The notes below the pieces were generated by a model. It was not told the DNA's origin. It did not search any database and saw only the letters and a program-made list of their open reading frames with translations. This document shows positions 37,876 through 49,210 of a stretch of 63,479 bases of DNA, in pieces. The DNA is from Octopus bimaculoides (taxonomy: Eukaryota). The stretch covers positions 35,947,476 through 36,010,954 of the forward strand of contig NC_068984.1 in NCBI RefSeq assembly GCF_001194135.2, read 5' to 3'. The stretch's first letter is position 1. Each line of letters begins with the position of its first letter. The translations under genes were made by a program, and so were the position numbers.

Positions 37876-39228
37876 TGTCGGTGTGTGTGTTTTCTGTGCG
37901 CGCGCGCGCGTAAATGTATATATAAATAAACAACTGAAATGACAATATGTGATTCATCCTTCAAATATATATCTGGAAATAGACTTAACTAAAAGCGGTA
38001 TGCAGTTATCCTAAAATCTGGTAAAATTTGTGTAGTCTTCCTAACGTAAATGACAATTTTTGTCTTCAAGCTAATCACTTTATTGTAATTGAACATAAAT
38101 ATATTAAAATTCCAGTGACCAGATCTCTGAAGTGAGAATAACTGTAAAACATAATTATTCTTCTTTTTTTCTTTTCAGACGTAGATATGAGTCTGGTACT
38201 CGGTTTAGTTATACATTTATCAACCACACAAATAATTATAAAACTTGGGTGGTTTTTCGTACTAGTCGATATAATTGAAATGTTACTCCTTACTTAACAC
38301 TGGATACTTCTTTTGATTGTTGCAACTGAAATATTTGTTAAGTGTTTGCTTGAGATTAATTTTCCCTGACTTAGTGTGAAACATTTATATTAGATAGGTG
38401 TAAAATAGTTCGGCAAATAAAAATATTTTCTATAATACTTCGAGCAGTTTGAGCAAAATATTTAAATAGGAAAATAACAAAATTATGTAAACTATTTCAA
38501 AAATTAACAAGTTTGACATGGGTTTTCTTTAACTGATATAACTTCAAAGCAAGTTGTATAAAAATAACGATACAAGATATGGTTAAAATACAAAATAATA
38601 GCAAATGAATATAAACAAGATTATTTTCTCTACTTTTAGAGTTGATTTTACTGGTTGACAGCTGAATTGTTATGCTGAAAAATTGAATATTTTAAAATCA
38701 TATGATTTTAGGGATTATTATTTATTAGATCAATATTTCACTTTCTTTAAATATCGGCTTTGTTTATTTTAATAAAATATGAAATATCCATATAGTAGTT
38801 GACAGTATATACATTCGTACATATTTATCGAACGCACATAATACACATTCTCATACCACATTCACATCTAAATTCCCACACAAATATATGTTTCTGTGAA
38901 TTATTTTTCTCTTATATTTCGATTTACTATACCGTTATCTGAAGTAAGAAAATAATCTGTGTTAAATGGTGGAATGCCTCTTACAAACCCCATACTTGTC
39001 AATTGAATCCACGAATTATAATGTGATTGTATATTGCCCCCTTCTCAATAAGTTTCACGTTGAGAAAGAAGTTGGAGTGATAACACTAACAGCAGGAGCT
39101 GTCACAGACTTGTTTTCAAGGATCTACTGTTTCAAATGCCTCAACTGATGTTAGACTCTCTAATATTTACGTTTACGCTCTTCTCCTATATAAGCAATGC
39201 ACCAGAAAACCTCTTACCTCTACATTTG

Positions 39229-39343
39229 TAGTAACTGGATTTTCGTCGTCTATCAGTAAATGCATTTTCTCATCGCCTTTTCCTGAATAAAATCAACAGG
39301 GAGAGAATGAGGAGTGGGCGCATCTCACTCATTCTCTCTCTCA

Positions 39344-39381
<38 letters not shown>

Positions 39382-39788
39382 CTCTCTCTCTATCTATCTA
39401 TCTATCTATCTAACTCTCCCGGAGACAGAGTCCGGCTCTTGGAACATCAGCAAGAACTGAAAGCAGGTTTCATCACATATTACTTCGCAGATGCTAGCCG
39501 GCACAACAGGTATTTTTGTAAGCTCAAACGGTGAGAACAAAGCTTGGCCTACATGATTTGAATCAGATTTAAATAATTTAGTAACTGGATTCTAGTCATA
39601 CATCCACAAGCTTATTTCCTTTTCAATTTTTCCCGAATAAGCACAGTTCAGAAAGAGGAGAGGAATATTCTCACTACTTCTCTCTTACAGTGAGACAGAG
39701 GGAGTCTCTCATATTTCTGTATGTCTGTGTGTCCCGCACTATCCTGCTTTTTCTCTCACGCGCTTTCTGATTATTCCCCCAATCTCTC

Positions 39789-39847
<59 letters not shown>

Positions 39848-39972
39848 CTCTTGGAGACTGAGTCCTACTCGTCACACTTCAACGCGAATTGCAAGCAGGT
39901 TTCATCACACATTTGTTCGCGTATAACGGGCTGCACTCCCCATAATTTGTATTCTCACACGATACGAACAAA
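39229..39972. repeat. Old two-copy tandem duplication containing (CT)n tracts
   Basis: Copy A 39229-39541 and copy B 39579-39972 share TAGTAACTGGATT, GAATAA, GAGGAG, TCTCACT, (CT)n, GGAGAC.GAGTCC, AAGCAGGTTTCATCACA and GAACAAA in the same order. Confidence 0.8.
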
Positions 39973-42219
39973 CCAAGTGTCTTCCAGAGCATTTCCAGGT
40001 TGTCTTCCGTGTACATATTTTCCTGTATAATGGCAAAACTGCTAATCATTATTTCTTTCATTGCCATATAGTAAAGAACTGTATTTTTATAGTATGGTGG
40101 GGATTAAAGGCTTGTCACTTTCCTCCTTGCTATCCACGGAAAAATATAGGGAAAAGGGCACTGTTTTGCTTAACATACTACATGTGTATATTTCCCTTAC
40201 TTTGCGTTACCTGAATCAATGAGTGTTTTTGTTGTTGCAAACTGACGGGTGGATTGATAAGTACGTATATAATCTTTCATAAAGAGGGTATCAAAAAATG
40301 TAATGTTGGCATTACAAACTTAAAATAACTATCCTCATGGTAGTGACGTATATCAAATTTAAATTTAAATGAAATTGACACGAAATGAACTGAAACCACC
40401 TGGTGAGCGTCTCTCGCTTTGTTGGTACTCTGCGAGGTGACCTCACAAAGGGAAATGATGGATTTAAATAAAAATCGAAATCTGCTACAACCTAAAGGCT
40501 ATTACAATCTAGAAAAAAAGAGCATAAAACGTGCGGAGATGAAAAATAACAAGAAAACAAGTGAAATGAAATTGTCTACATTTGTAAGAAAATATATCTC
40601 TCTTTATCAGCAAATAAATTACAACTGAAAACAAATTATTAAAGAAGAAAATATTGCATAACTACAAAGCGACAAAAAAAGGTAAAAAGGAAAAAATCAA
40701 ATGAATTTATATTCCATTATAGGTAAGGGAATCTGGCGATAAAATATCATACTCTATAACCAACACGCGTACATCTCTTTTGAATGAAGGTAAGACAGTG
40801 TATAATCAAATATTATTCTAAATCCCTGCTAGGGAAGCTGAGCATTCAGTTACGTGGACACACCTGACACTAAGACACGGATATGACGTCGGAAGAAATG
40901 ACGGTAAGCATTATTACCGTCACAGTAAATATTCCACGAGACCGCTGAATTAAGTGTGGTGAAAATATAAATGATATGTGTAATGAATCTCATGCAGCTC
41001 AAAACATTGCATATAGATATTTCGAAAAATATCTTACTATGAAAATGAAACCTAATTCGAACCGTAATTTATAAAACAAGGCGAAACAGAACTTGAATCA
41101 AAACCGCAGGAATACAAATGCCTATGATGAGATGGGAAAATTTGTAGGTGAAAATTCTGAATTTAGTAAGAACCTATAGATGTAAATAGTACAATAAATC
41201 AAATCAATTACGATATCATCATTGGGAAAATGCAAGTTATATAAATGAAGACAAAGAATGAGATAGTCACAACATGAATATAAAATAAACAAACACATCT
41301 GTAATGATTATGACAAATATTACGCATCTGTAATCAAGGAAAACGGTTCGCATAATGGAACTAAAGTAAATCTAATCACACGGCTTTTTATACTTAACCT
41401 GTCTCATTTCCTCCAGTGTATTATCGAGATTATCCAGGGTTACATTCATTTTGCTAGACACATTGTGAAATGCAGTCATCCATAAGTATATCAAAGACCC
41501 AAAACTCATTATTTATATTAGCTAGTGGATATAAAAATATTGTGGATTATATGACCAGTTAAAAATTGAAAACAGCAACCGAAAACAGAGCACATCTTAG
41601 CTATATTTCCTATTCATAACTGTTTAGCCCATCAGCTTGCTTCATGACGTAATCAATGTTAATCAAGTTTTAAAAGATTTTGAATTTTCATTTACCACAC
41701 GAGCTTGCATTGATTAGATATTCATACATAATAGAAACAAATAAATTCAGTATTAAGGTTTTCTTCCCACATTACCTGCAAGGGAGAATATTAATTATAC
41801 ATATATTTTTAGAGCTTACGCTTTTCTTTAATTAACAATAGGTGACGATGAGTATAGAATCAGTGAAACGATTAAAATGCATGATACATTGACGAGAACT
41901 ATACTGTCATATATGTAGTAGGTAGTAGCATATTATACATAAATATTATGAAGAAAACATTTTTTTAAAGCTTGCTATGCCTTTACAATGTATCATGTGA
42001 GATATGTCATCTATAGTAGAAAGAATAAAATTTTCAGCAAGGAGCACAATATAAAGACAAACTAATTAATAATTATGAATTTAATGTTACTTTTGTCATG
42101 TCTGTAAATTGAAATATAACGTTAAAATCTAAGCCTGAATAAGTAAATACACAAAACATTTTAATATAAACTTTTATAAAGTTTGCTACTTTACATCCAC
42201 ACATATATATATATATATA

Positions 42220-42554
42220 NNNNNNNNNNNNNNNNNNNNNNNNNNNNNNNNNNNNNNNNNNNNNNNNNNNNNNNNNNNNNNNNNNNNNNNNNNNNNNNNN
42301 NNNNNNNNNNNNNNNNNNNNNNNNNNNNNNNNNNNNNNNNNNNNNNNNNNNNNNNNNNNNNNNNNNNNNNNNNNNNNNNNNNNNNNNNNNNNNNNNNNNN
42401 NNNNNNNNNNNNNNNNNNNNNNNNNNNNNNNNNNNNNNNNNNNNNNNNNNNNNNNNNNNNNNNNNNNNNNNNNNNNNNNNNNNNNNNNNNNNNNNNNNNN
42501 NNNNNNNNNNNNNNNNNNNNNNNNNNNNNNNNNNNNNNNNNNNNNNNNNNNNNN
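42220..42554. other. Assembly gap (N) flanked by (AT)n
   Basis: Run of N. Confidence 1.
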
Positions 42555-43574
42555 ATATATATATATATATATATACATACATACAGAGCGCTTGTGGGAG
42601 AGAGAGATGGTTGTGAGTATTCCAATGATTTCATGAGCTTTTATATACCGGAACATGCACATTCAAACAAGTCGATATATATATTTTAGTAATAACATAT
42701 TTTCGATATTTTTTTTCCCTTTTTGTGTATCTTTATTTTCCCTTGTGTTTCAAACTGTCATGTCGTATAATGTGAATTGTTCTAGATTTTTATAGCTTGA
42801 TAATAAAATATTTCGAGATTGTATTAGTTATTTACTAGATTTTATTTCGACGAATTTCTTCATTCTGATGTTGTTGTTTTTTTGTTTTTTATCCTAATGT
42901 TGTATTATATTTTCGTATATAACTTCGATAATGACATTTTCCTTATTCTTTCTTGAAGTTGCGTACACAAGAATTATTAGATTATTATTGTGCATAGCTG
43001 CTTCTGAGAAACAAGTGAATGTGTTTGACATATTTCATAAATGTCATTAGAATCAATTCCGATAGAGAATTATTACAAATAACCTACTGAGCGCAAATGA
43101 AAATAAAGAAACTGAAATTCAATATTTAGGATGTTTTAGGGAGCATCAAGAAGACACTAAACAAACCATGCTATACTGAACCGAACAATATATATATATA
43201 TATATATATACAGATAAAAAGAGAGAGATTAAAAGAGAGATGTAACCCTGTAGATTATGCAACAGAACACCAGAATCGTGTTAACGAGATTCTTCTATAC
43301 GATATCTTCCAGGAGAGAAAAAAACAATCATTATTTTTAACCCTGTATTCTACGATTGAATAAATTGCACAATCGACTGCTGAGACGCTGTGAATATTCT
43401 TTCTAAGCGTTTAATTTTATTTACATATATAACATTTCTAACAACCTACCTTAACTATTTTCTGTTTATTTTTGTCGATACAGAGGAATTATAACTGTTT
43501 ACCTGGTGTCCGTGGCATATAAGCGACCAAGATCGCAACATTCTCCTCAATGGAGCTCTTGTCCATTGCAGGAT

Positions 43575-43765
43575 CCAAGGCCAGCAAATGTGACTGAAGG
43601 TGACTACTCGATTGCATCGACTCCAGTAATTGACTGGGGCTTTATTTTATCAACATTGACGGGATGAAATACATAGTTCACCTCGGCAACATTTGTACTT
43701 ACGACTTAAAGTGCCCGAGGAAATCCGGCAAAGAATTTTGCCCACAGTGCTACTAATTATGCCGT
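43575..43765 (-). mobile_element. SINE family 1, strongly diverged copy
   Basis: tcgattgcatcgactccagta..tttatcaac..gggatgaaa..cacctcggcaacatttgtact parallels 34220-34310. Confidence 0.62.
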
Positions 43766-44183
43766 ATCGATTATTTTCTCAAAAAATATGGGGCCTGCTT
43801 CTCTGTTGATGTGTAGCGGTGGTGCTCTACTATTTATGAAATCTCGAAACCCATGAATAAGTCACTTAATATGAAATGATGTTTATTCCAAACATGTAAA
43901 CCTTGTATATTTTTTTTATACATTGCATTTATGTAGTGATCAAGAGATTGCCTAATCGAGTGCCCATACATTTTCAAGAGTGCTCAGATACTTTCAAGCA
44001 CTATGTGGTACTTGAAAGTATATGGAGGCGAATTCTACTTCACATGCTAATTGTTTTTTTAAATAAAACCGCTGTTCTTATGAGATTTAACTCTAACTAA
44101 AATTACCTGCAACGTATTAAGTAACGTATAAAATAAAGTATTTTGCATGATAAAATAATATTTACCTCTTTAAATTATTATAC

Positions 44184-44218
44184 ATTAAATAAGGAGGTTT
44201 GAAGCCTCCTTATTTAAT
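44184..44218. repeat. Perfect 14 bp inverted repeat with 7 nt loop
   Basis: attaaataaggagg-tttgaag-cctccttatttaat. Confidence 0.9.
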
Positions 44219-45118
44219 ATGAACACATTTGCCATGTCAGTGAAAGTTAAATCTATTCTTCACTCAGGGCTATAAAAATATTTGTCTTACTCAACATCGC
44301 TGTATCATTATATATGCAATTATATTTGATTGATTTCAATAATTCCTCGTTATTATTCTAGCGATACCGCAAAAAAAGTGTATTAAGTAATATTACTAAA
44401 TTACGTTGACCTTCATTAAATATTTATTGTAGCACAATGGGTATACTCATGTTATATTTGTCATCTAATTATTACTCTGTCATGTTATCTAAGTGAAAGT
44501 CGGTATGACGATTCCTCGTGTTTACTAAAACCATGGTACCGTAAAAAAAGACGGATAGACAAAGTTTAACAAAGATGTCGACGGTGAAAGTAGGAGCAAC
44601 CGAGCGAACGAGACAGCTAAATTTTTACAGTGATCAATATGATGATTTCGTGTTCATTTCTGGTCGACTTATATAGCAAACAGTTATTATGTCCAAAAAT
44701 ATCGTTATGATTGTTGCGAAAATTAATGAACATACCGGTCATTTGAACTGACATTTTAATACCAATATTCATGTATGTTTGCTTAATCTGGGTAATCTAT
44801 ATGTAAACGTATATATACAAACACATATGCATATAGAAACGATGTGCGTATACACGTGTTGGTGTGTGCGTGTTTGTTTGTGTGTGTGTATGTGAATGTT
44901 TGTTTGCGTCTTTGTGTGCGTCCGTGAACGTGTTTGCGTGCATTCATGTATTTGCAAGTGTGCTCGCGTGTGTTGGAGGAGCTCTTAAATAGAATTGCGA
45001 GAGCGTACAATACGATAAATTTCAATATTCAGTCACAACATCCAGTTAAAATATCAACGTGTTTGAACATGCCTTTCTCCTGTCAAAGCAATAAAGTAAA
45101 TATAGTCAATGTCCCTGC

Positions 45119-45119
<1 letters not shown>

Positions 45120-45200
<81 letters not shown>

Positions 45201-45232
45201 TACACACACACACACACACACATACACACACA
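45120..45232. repeat. Compound (CT)n(CA)n microsatellite
   Basis: Direct inspection. Confidence 0.97.
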
Positions 45233-45488
45233 TACGGGAGCCGGTGGAATTTTATTAAATGATACAGTATATTGATCTAATTATATTGCGGATGTACCAG
45301 CAAAAATTGTGAAGTTCACAAATTTTTAAAACCACTTGAAACCAATAAACTAATCGATTTGCAATATTGCATGTTTTCCAGATAGGACGTCTGGCTATAG
45401 TGACACTAGTTTTGTAAGATTCAGGGAAAAACCCATTGAGGAATATAGCTAGAAAGAACAGGCTGAAATCGATTTTGCCAGCCTTATC

Positions 45489-46567
45489 ATGTCTTCCTAA
45501 CAGAGCAACGTTGAGAGGGCTAAGATCATCCAGGCCTTCAGTAAGTGTACTACAATTCATTCTTAGGTTTCCATTATCAAAGTCTATTCAAGAACCATCA
45601 AGATAATTGTGAATAAGTTTGAGAAACAGTCAATACTTGAGAGGAGAACTGGGTCAGGTGGTCATAACCGCAAGGGGATCATCATTTCAATCTAGAGCTA
45701 AAGGAACCAATGAGAAGAGATCTAATTCAGTCCAAAAGACGCTTGGCACGTGAAAGAAGATTTTCATCTATGACAGTTCAAAGAATAGACTTCAAGTGAG
45801 AGTAGACTTGAAAATGAAATCGTACCTCAGACATGTGAGGCACCTTCTTATTCCAGGACAAAGGTAAGAAGGTTAAAGGGGACGAAGATCATCTTGAACA
45901 AAATAGACATAAAACTGGAGTGACCTTTTACACAGATGAGAAGAATTTCACCCAAAATACGCACACAAACCGATGCAACAGCTGCTCCCTGGTCTCAGAT
46001 CTTCACCAGAGAGCTAAAAATGTCATCTTCAACTGCAAACACCCTACCAAATAATGATCATTGCCTGCCTGGCTTCTGATTGCAAGAAAATGTCATTGTC
46101 GGTGTTTAAGAATGTTGAGAAACTGACAGGAGTTTGATAGTGTCAGGTTTTGAAAGATATAATGACCTGAATTCCTTCTGAACATCCTGAGGCAAGACAC
46201 GAGGGGAACCCCAACACAATTTTTAAGGACTTCAAATTTACATTCCAGCAAGATGGAGCTCCTTGTTACACAAGTGCAGTGACTCGAATATTTCTCAGGG
46301 TTGAGTTTTAGAAAAGCTTTTGGGATAAGGACACTTGAGCCCTTTCATCACATGATTTGAATAGTTTACGCCTCATCATCTGGAATGAAGTCGAAAAGCT
46401 TGTGAGTGGAATGAATTGGAAAAGCGTGTGAGAAGCCCCGAAGTTACCTGAAAGCGTAGGATATAGTAGGAGGATATTGATGAGGACTTCATTTATAAAG
46501 CTTATGACACAGTCAAGAAGAGCTTGAGGAAGTCATTGCCAAAAGAGGAGCAAATTTGGATGCCTAA
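45489..46567 (+). mobile_element. Decayed Tc1/mariner-superfamily transposase, maT (DD37D)-like
   Basis: RRTGSGGHNRK; GVTFYTDEKNF (D at 45935); KHPTK..MIIACLASD; FTFQQDGAPCYTS (D at 46252); SSHDLNSL..IW; EEVIAKRGANLDA*. Multiple stops and frameshifts; TIRs not recognised. Confidence 0.8.
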
Positions 46568-49149
46568 TATTAAAGATTTGGACTAGAATTTATTCTGGCT
46601 GTTTGTAATAAAATTTTAAGCTTCGTCCAATCTTTATTCCAATAATGTATGAGCTCCGAATCCTCAGCAATGGTTAATTATTTATGAAAATATCATTTTC
46701 GTTTCCGATCACCTTCGTCATCGTTCTTCAGGGGAGAAATCAATATATTTCTTTCTTACAGTAGAGGCCAATAGGGTTTTAAAAAACCAATGATAGCTCC
46801 ATTAAATTATCTTTAAGCATTCGTGAGATACGAAGGTCCTATGATGAATCTAAAAGTTAGACAATTTTGTTGCTACACCTGGAATGTGTGCGTGTGTGTA
46901 TATGTATGTGTGTATGTTGTGGCTGGAATTGTGCTTATTACCTGGAACCACGTGACTCAATTGTTAGTCAACTTTCTGTAATAAACATGGGAAATCAACA
47001 AGACTTTATTACTTCAATCAAAGAAATATGTTATCCTATCACAGCAAAATTGGAGACAACATCGCATAACAAAGTGTTCCTTAATGGGAAACGCATTTTC
47101 TGCACCTTTTGAAGGTGTTCTCCAAGTCAACATAATTAGATCCTTAGTCAGACATTTACAGTTGCTGGCGCCCCGGGCAAGCTGAACTTTTCCGTGTACA
47201 AGCTGACGTTCGTGGAAATTTCGTTGTCTTTGCCACGACCTCCTTGGCGCTCCCTAGAACACGGCACCCCAGGTGACTGTCCGAGTTTCCGGTACCTTGA
47301 GGCGACTCTGACCGTTACACTTACATGACCCCCAAGACTTTAGTGTATGTATAGTTTGAATATTCTGACACTTAATTACCTAATCAGTAATATTAGCAGA
47401 CAGACTGGCCTCCGGATGGTTGTCTGCCAATCGCTAAATGATATTTGCACATTTAATTTTCCAATTTGTGAAATGTTTCTGACATGTTCATTTGTGTCCA
47501 TTAATATAGTCTTCAGTAAATATTTCTCGCATTACTTCAACTTAGTCACTCTCTCCCTCCCTTTTTCTCTTTCAGTGTTCTTCTCTATAAAAAAAAGAGA
47601 CTAAAATGTATTCTCCATCTACGTGGTCGTCCAGTCTGTAAGAAGCAGCAGGGATCATTTGACTTTATTCTAAGCCCTATAGCATACTAAATAGCCATAC
47701 TCACAAATTCACATATGAAAGTCTTTTTTTCAAATTATGGAGGTAACTGTGGAAAATTTCCTTTTATGAAAATTAATTTGTGTAGAAAATTCCATGTGGA
47801 AAAATATGTGACAGCTCCACAAAGTATAGGGAGTACATAAAATCTCATTACAATATGCCAGCTAAAAGTATTGAAATTCTAAAGATAATTTATCTAATGC
47901 TTGTACATTTTATATAGCAGCAACACGTATCAGGGAACAATGTCAAGGTGCGTGAAATATCTACCACGCTCTCCTTTTTGTTCACATTAAAATCAGGAAT
48001 AATAGTCATCTACACCATATGAAATGTATTTGCAGAAATATCCGGTGCAAAACACCGTTTTCCTGAATGTCATAAGGTAAAAAAACGTGGGAGGACTATC
48101 TTTTGTATTTATTTTCAATTGACGTTAATTAAATACACCTTTCTTATTTAGTTTTCCATTTCATCCAGCAAATATGAAAGGAAACAGAAATCATCATAAT
48201 GTTGCTGCTGCTAGATTAAACTTTAGAGATATATTTTTAGTATACCCCTAGAAGGAAGCTTTGAAAATATTCGAGCAATCTGAATATTTCCATAAGTGAT
48301 TTAATTCAGACATTCTTCCACAAACTGAACAAATTGAGAGGCGTCCTTTCAGAATTAGAAACCAGGCATAACTTGTCGGTTTATGTTGATGGCGTTCTCA
48401 TCAGAGAGTTGGAACTTATCTATGAAGCAGCAGTTATCATTGTTGAGAAATACAAAAATATATAGATACATGTCTGTTGGGTTGCGGCACTAACGGAGAG
48501 AAATCAATGTCAGTGAGTAGCAGTGATGGTCGCAGAACTGGTGGAGTGGCTAAAACTATTAGGAGTCTAATGTAGTCATGTCTTGTAGCCGGAGGGGAAG
48601 TTGGATGAATACTTGCAAGAAAATTTGTCTTACCAAGAAATGTTTCGGGTATACGACCATTTCCTAACACTATGGGTCCAGCAATATTGTCCATATCACT
48701 AATAAAGATTTAGAAAATAAGGTTAGGGAGCTCCGAAACATAACTTCCAAGATACATTACTCACTGTGCTCGCACACTTGTTTATTAAAGCATAATACTT
48801 CATTACAAAAGCATAATAGATTTCAGTCACCTTTTCGTTCTTTCACTTCGAATGAGTATTTATAATTTGCAATTAGGAGTATGATTTTTTTCCGGGTTTT
48901 GAAAGAGTAAATCTCATAAGTGAATTTTCCTTTTCACAATTGAATGATTTTCAAATTGAAAAAAAAAACATATGCCAAAGCCCGAGGATTGCTTGGAAAA
49001 GCAACGTAAGATACAAAAATCATGTGTCGCAATGGGAAGAAAGTATTAGTAGCTCTTATTTTAATACAATGCGCGTCAAATGATGTATGTGTGCATGCGT
49101 GTGTGGGCCTCTGTGTGTTAGTGTGTGCGTGCATATATATATATAGATG

Positions 49150-49159
<10 letters not shown>

Positions 49160-49208
<49 letters not shown>
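49160..49208. repeat. (AT)n microsatellite in an AT/CA-rich low-complexity region
   Basis: Direct inspection. Confidence 0.97.

Positions 49209-49210
<2 letters not shown>

Noticed and set aside
39421-39940. Structured ncRNA (C/D snoRNA, SECIS, hammerhead) reading of the duplicated motif; GTGATGA occurs on the minus strand and each copy can form a stem
   Set aside because: The stems form in different registers in the two copies (no covariation), copy B has no box D (CTGA), and there is no hammerhead core or SECIS geometry.
40899-40922. 9 bp hairpin TGACGGTAA-GCATTA-TTACCGTCA as a Helitron 3' end or terminator
   Set aside because: No CTRR terminus downstream, bacterial terminators are irrelevant here, and a 9 bp stem is expected by chance in 63 kb.
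45541-45566. GTAAGT...TTCTTAG inside the maT-like transposase as a second intron
   Set aside because: Only ~26 nt, too short for a spliceosomal intron.
45232-46720. TIRs for the maT-like element
   Set aside because: Only patchy similarity between candidate ends; not distinguishable from chance.
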